A stretch of 64,000 nt of DNA from Octopus sinensis (Eukaryota): assembly GCF_006345805.1 (NCBI RefSeq), contig NC_042999.1:129394001-129458000 (forward strand), read 5' to 3'. The position numbers and the translations under genes are program-made. The notes beneath the pieces are model-generated. The model had not been told where the DNA came from. It did no database searches and saw only the letters and a program-made list of their open reading frames with translations. Positions 13,147-25,210 of the stretch are shown here, in pieces. Each line of letters begins with the position of its first letter. Within the stretch, counting starts at the first letter, position 1.

Positions 13147-13924
13147 TTCATGTCTTTATTGAAAATATTCACATGTAAACCAAAGAGTGGTGAGGTTAGA
13201 TCTCAGGGTTCCGGGCTTCGCTGTTGAAGTGGTATAGATGAAGACAATATGAAGATATGCTTTATTGTAGACCTTTCTATCTTGTACAAATAAAAGTTGA
13301 AGATTATATCAATACATGCAATTTTACATACAGCTTAACCATCATATGATTGATTCATGTTATAAATGAAATGACAAAATTATATAGATCTTTCCAACAA
13401 CCCAATCCTTTTCATAATAAGAGATATATATTACATTTCATGCTAGAATAAACATAAGATATATGAAAGAATACATACAAAATTTAGAATACATACACAA
13501 GATATTATACATATATCATATTATGATGTGATGAAATATTTTCTGTTATGATTTGTGTATTTTATTCAAAGCAGAATAAATATACAGCAATGTAATCTCT
13601 GATTTAGAACAAATACTTTTCTCAGCCATCTGCCCACAATACCAAATAAATAAATCAATAGCAGTATCTTTTCTGCTCTCAAGAAATTTCTAAAATGAAA
13701 TATATATGAGTGTTCTGAACAAATGCTTTGATTAAAAGTGTCATGCTGATCAGTTAATCTCTTCAATGTAGATACATTTGCAGTTATTTAGAACAGTATT
13801 GAGATATTATCATCTCTCCTTTCTGTTGTATTTTCTCTCCTTTATGAACACATCATACATCTTGTTAAATAAAGTATTTCTTTCAAGCAAAACATATGAA
13901 TAAGTACTTGTCACATTGTATGAA

Positions 13925-14690
<766 letters not shown>

Positions 14691-15156
14691 CTGCAAACAG
14701 TAATATACAAGAGAATTTATTAGGAGTTAATCATTTTTCAGAGATAATTATTTCAAGATGGTTTATTATGATAGAACCTTGTTTGTAACGAGGAAAAAAA
14801 ACCTTTTAACTATACATTTCTACAAATGAAATTGCTTGAATCAAAACCAGTTGTCTTCTTGGTAGATTTGTACATGTTTAACTAGAATGCAAAGCCATCT
14901 TCTTCAGATACCAGACAGTGAAGTTGAGAAGTGTTGCTATTCATTTCAGTTCATAGGAAGTGTTTCATGATAATTCATCCATAGATTTATATAAATAGGA
15001 TGAACATAGTATTTAAAAAGACAATAAATACTGATGAAGAAAAGAATTATTTAAATGCTGATGTCATCTGATAATTTGAAATAATAAATAAGTAAATAGT
15101 ATGAGATAGAGCAATAAAGCATGGAAAAGTAGACACTAAAACTATCATGATGACAC

Positions 15157-16147
15157 AATCTATATTTAATTTCAACCCATGTACCTACTTAACTATCTGC
15201 AACTGATCTGATCTTTTAGTTAGCCCTGTTTTATCTCTATTAGTATTATTGTTATGACTTGTGAAATTTAGCCTCACACCTTGTGTCTTTTTTATATGTA
15301 CATATAATTCTATAGTTCATCTTAATTATATATCGTTGTCTCATGTCTTGTGTTAAATATATATTTAATCTTAAAGCTTGCCCCTAATTTTATTTTATCG
15401 ATCAGTCTCACGCCTCGTAGATATAGAATAAATGTATTTATAAGTTATAGCTCTTTATCGTTCACGCTTCTCCCATAGATTAGGCAAAATTTAGGTATTT
15501 ATAGCTACTAATAACTATTTCTCTCCCAAGGAAGGAAGAATGGCTGCCGGCCGGTTCTTGGCGGGCCACGACCCCCCCTCGTTCCTCTTCAATTGTCTTA
15601 TATCGCTTTCGATCGCCATTCGGCTCCCCTTCTCCGCCACCCTATATGCATATAAACCACCGACTGTTTTTAACGGCCTCACTTGAATTCAAACTGTTAT
15701 CCGACTCCCTACGAAAAATACGAAATACGAAAAATGAATCCAAGCTAAGCAATCTATATTTAATTTCAACCCGTGTACCTACTTAACTATCTGCAACTGA
15801 TCTGATCTTTTAGTTAGCCCTGTTTTATCTCTATTAGTATTATTGTTATGACTTGTGAAATTTAGCCTCACGCCTTGTGTCTTTTTTATATGTACATATA
15901 ATTCTATAGTTCATCTTAATTATATATCATTGTCTCATGTCTTGTGTTAAATATATATTTAATCTTAAAGCTTGCCCCTAATTTTATTTTATCGATCAGT
16001 CTCACGCCTCGTAGATATAGAATAAATGTATTTATAAGTTATAGCTCTTTATCGTTCACGCTTCTCCCATAGATTAGGCAAAATTTAGGTATTTATAGCT
16101 ACTAATAACTATTTCTCTCCTAAGAAAGGAATGGCTGCCGGCCGGTT
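15157..16147 (+). repeat. Two near-identical ~400-nt direct repeats (594-nt period) in the RTE 5' region
   Basis: 15157-~15557 vs 15751-~16147. I count 3 substitutions over the first ~370 nt. Both copies end at ATGGCTGCCGGCCGGTT. Confidence 0.95.
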
Positions 16148-16338
16148 TTCGCGGTGCAACCGCCCTCCCACCCCCACCACCGGTACAGGAAGTCCTAAAT
16201 TTTCTCATCCTTGTCTCCCTTATACACTTCAAAGTCTTACGCCACCCCCACCTCCTTCCATAAAAGGTAGTGGTCAGTCATTGCAAGATATGTTTAGTGT
16301 TGTGTACGAGGTTTGAACTTAAGTTCTATTGTTTGTCT

Positions 16339-19300
16339 ATGAATACTGCCAAACGCGAGTTTTCTTTTCAGGTCCATGACGCTATTAGGACCAATACCAC
16401 TTCCACCCCCACCCACAGCCTCAGGGTTGGCACCCTCAACGTTGGCACACTGAAAGGCAGATCTGGCGAGATAGTTGAATTGCTTGAACGGAGGTGGGTT
16501 GATATATGCTGCATTCAAGAAGTGAGGTGGAGAGGAGGTTCTGCTAGGTTCCTCACAGGCAAAGGACAGAGGTACAAGATTTTCTGGGCTGGGAATACTG
16601 ACGGAGTCGGGGGTGTGGGCATGCTTATCGCCGAAAAATGGGTAGATAAGGTAATCGAGGTAGTCAGAGTAAGTGACAGAATAATTAAGATTAGATTAGT
16701 GCTCCATCATAGTTTAGCAACTATTATATCGGCCTATGCCCCTCAGCCAGGGCTACCTGATGGACAGAAAGACTGTTTCTATGACACCCTACTGCAGACC
16801 ACATCATTGACGAACGACAGGGACCTTCTCTTTGTGGCTGGTGACTTCAATGGGCATGTTGGACGATGTGCTGGGGGCTTCCATGGCGTGCATGGAGGCT
16901 ACGGTTATGGTTCCCGCAACGAGGAGGGAACCAGGCTGCTGGAGTTCTGTGATGCGAATAGTCTTATGATTTGCAACACTAACTTCAGGAAACCGACAAG
17001 CCACCTGGTCACCTACCGATCGGGCCGGCATACTAGCCAAATCGACTACATCCTTGCCAGAAAAAGGGAAAGATGGCTACTTATAAATGCCAAAACCTTC
17101 CCAGGTGAAGAATGCACCCCACAACATAGACTGGTAGTTAGTGACTTTAGGATCAGGACTAAAAGGGCGACTAGAAGACGACCAACATGGAGAAGAAGGG
17201 TCTGGAAGCTTAAAGACCCTGCGAATGGACAGAGATTTAGAGATATGTTATTTGAAGCCTTAGACGAAATGGAAGGGAGTATAGCTACGCATGGGGTAGA
17301 AGACAACCGGACGCTTCTGAGGGACAACCTGCTGAAAGCCGCTGACCAGATCTGTGGCTGGTGCAAAGTCCCCTTAAGACCCAAAATAACGTGGTGGTGG
17401 AACAATATTGTTGACAGGGCTATTAGACAAAAGAAACAGGCTTGGAAGGCCTGGAAGAACGGTGGTAGCAGGGAAGTGTATCAGTCTGCCAGAAGGGAAG
17501 CCAGGAGACAGGTCTATCTAGCCAGAGGGGAGGCAGATAAGGAAAAATTTGCCAATGTCCTGCGTCGTGAGGATGAAAGACTTGAGGTATTTCGTGTTGC
17601 AAGACAGTGTGTGAGAGAGAATCGTGACGTGGTAGGAGAGAAATGTGTTCGCAAGGATGACGGTTCACTTGCGCTTAATGAGGATGCAAAGAGAGAGGCT
17701 TGGAGACGCCACTATGATAGGTTGCTGAATGAAGAAAATGAATGGGATAAAGAGAGTCTGCCGAATGTCGACCCAACAGAGGGACCAGCAATCCGAGTTA
17801 AAAGTTCCTTAGTAGATAAGGCAATTAGAAGCATGAAAACAGGGAAAGCCCCAGGCCCATCAGGAATTACTGCAGAGATGCTCAAAATATCTGGTGGTGT
17901 CAGCTATAGCTTAGTCACCCGTATAGTTAACCAGGTGATACACGAGGGGGTCATACCCAATGACTGGTGTAGCAGCATAATAGTCAACTGCTACAAAGGT
18001 AAAGGCGACGCCCTAGAGACAAATAACTACAGGGGCATCAAGCTGCTGGATCAGGTAATGAAGGTTACGGAGAGGGTTATAGCCCAACTAATTAGAGAGA
18101 GAGTTAGCTTAGATGATATGCAGTTTGGGTTCGTGCCAGGGAAAAGTACTACTGATGCTATATTCCTGGTAAGACAGCTGCAGGAGAAATACCTAGCCAA
18201 AGATAAGCCCTTGTACCTGGCTTTTGTTGACTTGGAGAAAGCCTTTGACAGGGTCCCCTGATCCCTTATCTGGTGGTCAATGAGGAAACTAGGGATAGAA
18301 GAATGGTTGGTGAGAGCTGTGCAAGCCATGTACAGAGACGCTGCTAGTAAGGTGAGGGTTGGCAACGAGTACAGTGAAGAATTCCGGGTAGAGGTTGGGG
18401 TCCACCAAGGTTCAGTCTTCAGTCCCCTCCTATTTATCATAGTCCTCCAGGCAATAACGGAGGAATTCAAGACAGGTTGCCCCTGGGAGCTCCTCTATGC
18501 TGATGACCTTGCTCTAATTGCTGAGTCACTATCAGAACTGGAGGAGAAGTTTCAGGTGTGGAAACAAGGATTAGAATCGAAGGGCCTTAGAATCAACCTA
18601 GCCAAAACCAAAGTCCTAATAAGTAGGAAGGTAGATCAATCACAAACGCCTTCAGGTAGATGGCCCTGCTCGATCTGTAAAAAAGGTGTAGGTAGAAACT
18701 CTATAAGATGCACCAAGTGTAAGCTATGGACACATAAGAGGTGCAGCAATGTCAAAGGAAGGCTAACTAGGAAAATAGTTTTTGTCTGTGGCAAATGCTC
18801 AGGAGCAATAAACACTGGAAATGTGCAGAGACCAACTTCTGCCACGTTCCAGGGAGACAAACTAGAAGTAGTTGATAGCTTCCGCTATCTAGGAGACCAA
18901 GTCAGTAGCGGGGGTGGGTGTGCTGAAAGTGTAACTGCTAGAGTAAGAATAGCCTGGGCAAAGTTTAGAGAGCTCTTACCCCTGCTGGTGACAAAAGGCC
19001 TCTCGCTCAGAGTAAAAGGCAGACTGTATGATGCATGTGTACGTACAGCCATGCTACATGGTAGTGAAACATGGGCCGTGACTGCTGAGGATATGCGTAA
19101 GCTCGCAAGAAATGAAGCCAGTATGCTCCGATGGATGTGTAATGTCAGTGTTCATAATCGTCAGAGTGTAAGTTCCTTGAGAGAAAAGTTGAACCTAAGA
19201 AGCGTCAGTTGTGGTGTGCAAGAGAGACGGCTGCGCTGGTATGGTCATGTGACGAGAAAGGCTGAAGATAGTTGTGTGCAAAAGTGCTACACCCTCGCAG

Positions 19301-19449
19301 TTGAGGGAACCTGTGGAAGAGGTAGACCCAGGAAAACCTGGGACGAGGTGGTGAAGCACGACCTTCGAACTTTAGGTCTCACTAAGGAAATGTCTAGAGA
19401 CCGAGACCTATGGAAGTATGCTGTGCGTGAGAAGACCCGGCAAGACTAG
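16339..19449 (+). CDS. RTE AP-endonuclease + reverse transcriptase with internal PHD finger; one in-frame TGA (18259-18261)
   Basis: EN motifs GTLNVGTL, CIQEVRW, GDFNGHVG, QIDYIL, HRLVVSD. RT motifs DLEKAFDRVP, QGSVFSPLLF, LLYADDL. ORFs 16270-18261 and 18280-19449 are in the same frame. The paralog at 8350-9324 reads RVPRSLIWW, so the stop is CGA>TGA. Confidence 0.93.
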
Positions 19450-21760
19450 TCAGGCCATAACCCGTGGCCCCTACCTGGGACGTAGTCAGTCCTCCTGTGC
19501 ATACCTTCCTTCTTGTGACACTTATGAAGACCTGTTGAGGCAAGTGAAAATCAAATCAAATCAAATCAAAATAGATGAACATCAGTGGAATTGTATTCTT
19601 TGTGGTACCAGTGCCGGTGGCACACAAGAAAACCACCCAAACGTGGCCGTAGCCAGTACCGCATCGACTGGCCTCCGTGCTGTGGGCACAACAAACACCA
19701 TCCGATCGTGGCCGTTCACCAGCCTCATCTGGCACCTGTGTCGGTGGCACATAAAGACACCATCCGAAGACCCGGCGACGTAGTCAGTCCACCTGTGCAT
19801 ACCTTCCCTCTTATGACACTTGTGAAGACCTGTTGAGGCAAGTGTGTGACACTTGTGAAGACCTGTTGAGGCAGAGGCAAGTGTTTGACACTTGTGGAGA
19901 CCTGTTGAGGCAAGTGTGTGACACTTGTGAAGACCTGTTGAGGCAAGTGTAAATCAAACCAAATCAAAATAGATGAACATCAATGGAATTTGTATCTTTG
20001 TGGTTCCAGTACCGGTGGCACACAAGAAAACCATCCGAACGTGGCCGTAGCCAGTACTGCATCGACTGGCCTCCGTGCTGTGGGCACAACAAACACCATC
20101 TGATCGTGGCCGTTCGCCAGCCTCATCTGGCACCTGTGTCGGTGGCACATAAAAACACCATCCGAAGACCCGGCGACGTAGTCAGTCCACCTGTGCATAC
20201 CTTCCCTCTTATGACACTTGTGAAGACCTGTTGAGGCAAGTGTGTGACACTTGTGAAGACCTGTTGAGGCAGAGGCAAGTGTGTGACACTTGTGAAGACC
20301 TGTTGAGGCAGAGGCAAGTGTGTGACACTTGAAGAGACCTGTTGAGGCAAGTGTGTGACACATGTGGCACTTGTGAAGACCTGTTGAGGCAAGTGAAAAT
20401 CAAACCAAATCAAAATAGATGAACATCAATGGAATTTGTATCTTTGTGGTTCCAGTACCGGTGGCACACAAGAAAACCATCCGAACGTGGCCGTAGCCTG
20501 TACCGCATCGACTGGCCTCCGTGCTGTGGGCACAACAAACACCATCTGATCCGCCAGCCTCATCTGGCACCTGTGTCGGTGGCACATAAAAACACCATCT
20601 GAAGACCCGGCGACATAGTGAGTCCACCTGTGCATACCTTCCTACTTATGACACTTGTGAAGACCTGTTGAGGCAAGTGTGTGACACTTGTGTAGACCTG
20701 TTGAGGCAAGTGAAAATCAAATCAAATCAAATCAAACCAAATCAAAATAGATGAACATCAATGGAATTTGTATCTTTGTGGTACCAGTACCGGTGGCACA
20801 CAAGAAAACCATCCGAACGTGGCCGTAGCCAGTACCGCATCGACTGGCCTCTGTGATGTGGGCACATAACAAACACCATCCGATCGTGGCCGTTCGCCAG
20901 CCTCATCTGGCACCTGTGTCGGTGGCACATAAAAACACCAACCGAAGACCCGGCAAGACTAGTCAGGCCATAACCCGTGGCCCCTACTTGGGACGTAGTC
21001 AGTCCACCTGTGCATACCTTCCTTCCTTCTTGTGACACTTGTGAAGACCTGTGAAGACCTGTTGAGGCAAGTGAAAATCAAATCAAATCAAATCAAAATA
21101 GATGAACATCAATGGAATTTGTATCTTTGTGGTACCAGTGCCGGTGGCACACAAGAAAACCATCCGAACGTGGCCGTAGCCAGTACCGCATCGACTGGCC
21201 TCCGTGCTGTGGGCACGTAACAAACACCATCCGATCGTGGCCGTTCGCCAGCCTCATCTGGCACCTGTGTCGGTGGCACATAAAAACACCATCCGAAGAC
21301 CCGGCAAGACTAGTCAGGCCATAACCCGTGGCCCCTACCTGGGACGTAGTCAGTCCACCTGTGCATACCTTCCTTCTTGTGACACTTGTGAAGACCTGTT
21401 GAGGCAAGTGAAAATCAAATCAAAAATCAAATCAAAACAAATCAAAATAGATGAACATCAATGGAATTTGTATCTTTGTGGTACCAGTGCCGGTGGCACA
21501 CAAGAAAATCATCCGAACGTGGCCGTAGCCAGTACCGCATAGACTGGCCTCCGTGCTTTGGGGACGTAACAAACACCATCCGATCGTGGCCGTCCGCCAG
21601 CCTCATCTGGCACCTGTGTTGGTGGCACATAAAAACACCATCCGAGCGTGGCCGTCTGCCAGCCTCGTCTGGCACCTGTGTCGGTGGCACATAAAAACAC
21701 CATCCGAGCGTGGCCGTTCGCCAGCCTCGTCTGGCACCTGTGTCGGTGGCACATAAAATC
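19431..21760 (+). repeat. Hierarchical tandem array in the RTE 3' UTR (six ~335-440-nt units plus 33-nt, 62-nt and AAATC subrepeats)
   Basis: Units start with GAAGACCCGGC at 19431, 19766, 20164, 20601, 20944 and 21295. Confidence 0.95.
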
Positions 21761-22079
21761 ACCCACTACACTCTCGGAGTGGTTGGCATTAGGAAGGGCA
21801 TCCAGCTGTAGAAACACTGCCAGATCTGACTGGCCTGGTGCAGCCTTCGGGCTCCCCAGACCCCAGTTGAACCGTCCAACCCATGCTAGCATGGAAAACG
21901 GACGCTAAATGATGATGATGATGATGATGATGACACATAATATAAAAAAGCAATTAATACTGAGATTTTTCACTGTCATTATTCTGAGTTTTACATTACT
22001 GGCTTCTGATATAACTAAGGGTTTTGTTATTAAAAAAAAATGCACTACATGAAACATTGTGCAATGATAGAGTAAAATC

Positions 22080-22340
22080 ATTTACATTATTTATATTATT
22101 TACATTCGACAGATATTTGTCCTCTTTGTTTGTTGTTAACACAACATTTTGGCTGATATACCCTCCAGCCTTCTTCAGGTGTCTTGGGGAAATTTCAAAC
22201 CTGGGTTCTCATTCCCAAGGTATTTTTCGATATTATTATTATTATTATTATTATTATTGTTATTGTTCAGATCACTGCTTGGAATCGAACTCGGAATCTT
22301 GGGGTTAGCAGCCTGCACTCTTAACCACTATGCCATATGC
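22080..22340 (-). mobile_element. tRNA-headed SINE-like element with (AAT)n linker and Penelope-type, hammerhead-like tail
   Basis: A box TGGCATAGTGG, B box GTTCGATTCC, (AAT)n, then GACAC-CTGAAGA-A-GGCTG-loop-CAGCC-AAAAT-GTT-GTGTT (22183-22138). Confidence 0.7.
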
Positions 22341-22405
22341 TTAATCATCATTGTCATCATTGTTGTCATCCTACACATTGTTGTCGTTGTCATCATCATG
22401 ATCAT

Positions 22406-22920
22406 GTGAGGAGGCATGGCTCATGGCTGGGGTGCTGCACTCAATTTTGAGAATGGGTGGTGTGTTGTGTTCTTGAGCGAAACACTTCATCTCATGTTGA
22501 TCTGTGATCATTTTGTGATCATTTTGACACCTGGTGCATAGTTCATCGTGCACCTGTTCAGATAACATTAATTTGATGGAGGGAGTGAGCTAATGTATGA
22601 CACATACATTTGATCACTATAAATATATCATCTGTACAGGTCGTTTGTCAAAAGCTGAATGCTCACATGTCGTCTTCGACAGGAGAGTCCATCCTTATTA
22701 TTAAGGCAGTGAGCTGACAGAATCATAAGCACATCAGGCAAAATGCTTAACAGCATTTCATGTATCTTTATGTCCTCAGTTCAAATTCCTTGAGGTCAAC
22801 TTTGCCTTTCATCCTTTAGGGGGTCAATAAAATAAGTACCAGTTGAAAACTGAAGTTAATATAATTGACTTATCCCCTCCCCCAAAGTTGCTAGCCTTGA
22901 GCTAAAATTTGAAATCATCA
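22406..22920 (+). mobile_element. Two adjacent degenerate SINEs (22406-22700, 22724-22920)
   Basis: The second matches the 41747-41982 family. The first has a tRNA-like head and a TGTTCTTGAGCGAAACACTT central box. Confidence 0.65.
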
Positions 22921-22964
22921 TAATTATGCTTTTTAACTCAGATTCTGTTCAAATCCCTGGAGTC

Positions 22965-24620
22965 TTGCATGGATTGCAAGACAGTGTGTGAGAGAAAACT
23001 GTGATGTCGTAGGAGAGAAATGTGTCCGCATGAATGATGAATCCCCTTGCGTTTAATGATTTTGCAAAGACAGAGGCTTGGAGATGCCATTATGAAATAC
23101 TGCTGAATGTGGAGAATGAATGAGAAGAGGACAGTCTGCCAAATGTTGACCCAATTGAGGGACCAGCTGCCCAGATTGACAGTATCCTGGTACATAAAGC
23201 AATTAATGATATGAAGACAGGGAAAGCAACTTTAGGGTGTGGAAGCAAGGTCTAGAATCGAAGGGCCTTAGAGTTAACTTAGCAAAAACCAAAGTCTTAG
23301 TAAGTAGGAAGGTTGACAATCACAAACTCGTTCAGGTGGATGGCCCGACTCGATCTGTAGAAAAGGTGTGGGTGGAAACTTCATACTATGTACCCGGTGT
23401 AAGCTATAGACATATAAAAGGTGCAGTGATATTAATGGAAGGTTAACCGAGAAGACAGTTTTTGTGTGTGGCAGATGCACAGGGGCAATAAACACTGAAG
23501 ATGTATAGAAAACAGATTCCATCACATGCCAGGGGGAAAACTAGAAGTAGTTGATAGCTTCTGCTACCTAGGCAACCAAGTCTGTAGTAGGGATGGTTGC
23601 TCTGAGTGTGTAGCAGCTAGAATATGAATAACCTGGGCAAAGTTCAGGAAGCTCCTAACCTCTGCTAGCAAGTAAGAGCCTCTCTCTCAGGATGAAAGGC
23701 AGACAGTATGATGCATATATGCGAACTGCCATGCTATACAGCAGTAAAACATTGACCATGACTGCTGGGGACATGCATAGGCTTGAAAGAAATGAAGCTA
23801 GTATGATTCACTGGATGTCAGTGTGCATACACGACAGTGTGAGCGCCCTGAGAGATAAGTTAGACATAAGAAGCATCAAATGTGGTGTGCAAGAAAGACA
23901 ACTGCACTGGTATGGTTATGTATTATGCATGGATGGGGACAGCTGTGTGAAGAAGTGTCACATCCTAACTGTGGAAGGAACCTGTGGAAGAAGTAGACCC
24001 AAGAAGAGACGGGATGAGGTGGTGAGGTCTGACCTTTGAATATTGGGCCTCATAGAGGCAATGATAGAAGGTCGAGACCTTTGGAGATATGCTGTGATTC
24101 AGAAGACCCAGCAACCAAAGTGAGATCGTAGCCATGGCTAATGCCAGTGTTTCATGTCTGGCCGATTTAGAAGTACCCTGAAGACCTGTTGAGTCAAGTA
24201 ACACCAAAATTGTAGCTGTGGCCAGTACTCCCTGACTGGCTCCCATGCCGGTGGCACATAAAATGCATCATCGGAAAGTGGTCGATGGCAGGTCCACCTG
24301 ACTGGCTCCCGTGCTGGTGGCATCGAAATGTGGCCGATGCCAGTGCCCCTTGATTGTCTCCTATGCCGGCAGCATGTAAAAAGCATTATCTGAATGTGGC
24401 CAATGCCAGTGCCCACTGACTGGCTCCCATGTCGGTGGCATTTAAAAATCACCCACTACACTCTCAGAGTGGTTGGCATTAGGAAGGGCATCCAGCTGTT
24501 GAAACATTGCCAGATCAGATTGAAGCCTGGTGCAGCTGCTGGCTTTCCAGACCTCAGTCAAACCGTCCAACCCATGCCAGCATGGAAAACAGATGTTAAA
24601 CGATTATGATGATGATGATA
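22965..24620 (+). mobile_element. Degenerate RTE fragment with internal deletion of the RT core, 3' UTR and (GAT)n tail
   Basis: Co-linear with 17600-17850, then jumps at ~23230 to WKQGLESKG. ORF 23692-24039 carries RTE thumb motifs. Confidence 0.9.
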
Positions 24621-24634
24621 TATATACGTGTGTG

Positions 24635-25210
24635 TGTCACACTCTAACAGTGGAGGGAACTTGTGGAAGAGATAGACCCAAGAATTCCTGGGATGAGGTG
24701 GTGAAGCACAACCTTCAAATGTTGGGCCTCACAGAAGCAATGACAAGCGACCGAGACCTTTGGAGATATGCTGTGCTTGAGAAGACTCAGCAAGCCAAGT
24801 GAGATAGTAGCTGTGGCCTATGCCAGTGTCACATAACTGGCCCATTTAAGAGTATCCTTCAATTGTCAGGCTGTGCTTGAAGACCTGTTGAGTCAAATGA
24901 AATCGTTGTCATGGCTGATGCTAGTACAGCCTGACTGGCATCCGTGCCGGTGGCATGTAAAAAGCACCATTTGAGTGTGGTTGATGCCAGTGCTGCCTGA
25001 CTAGCTCCCATGCTGGTGGCATGTAAAAAGCACCCACTATACTCTTGGAGTGGTTGGCATTAGGAAGGGCATCCAGCTCTAGAAACCTTACCAGATTAGA
25101 CTGGAGCCTAGTGCAGCTTCCTGGCTAGCTAGTCCTCAGTCAAACTGTCCAACCCATGCCAGTATGGAAAGCAGACGTTAAACAATGATGATGATGATGA
25201 TGACAATGAT
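24635..25210 (+). mobile_element. Short 3' RTE fragment with (GAT)n tail
   Basis: TVEGTCGRDRPKNSWDEVVKH, 3' UTR repeats, TTAGGAAGGGCATCC and GATGATGAT. Confidence 0.9.

Larger units (their letters stand above)
15158..21926 (+). mobile_element. Full-length RTE-clade LINE with 11-bp TSD
   Basis: TSD ATGATGACACA at 15147-15157 and 21927-21937. Single EN-RT ORF and conserved 3' end with (GAT)n tail. Confidence 0.93.

Noticed and set aside
15540-16260. HDV-like ribozyme at the RTE 5' end (GGCTGCC as possible P1 strand)
   Set aside because: I could not find a clean P1 partner or nested pseudoknot by eye in either module. A descriptor-based search (RNArobo/Infernal) would be decisive.
19815-20400. 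33-nt hairpin-forming direct repeats that superficially resemble a CRISPR array
   Set aside because: The repeats are contiguous with no unique spacers, lie inside a eukaryotic LINE 3' UTR, and there are no cas genes.
19418-21908. Dense overlapping ORFs on both strands in the ORF track
   Set aside because: They are by-products of the GC-rich tandem array. Unit indels do not preserve a frame and there are no protein motifs.
22280-22340. tRNA-Ser(GCT)-like gene, and other tRNA-like heads in the window
   Set aside because: No complete acceptor stem or Pol III terminator, and each continues into a SINE body.
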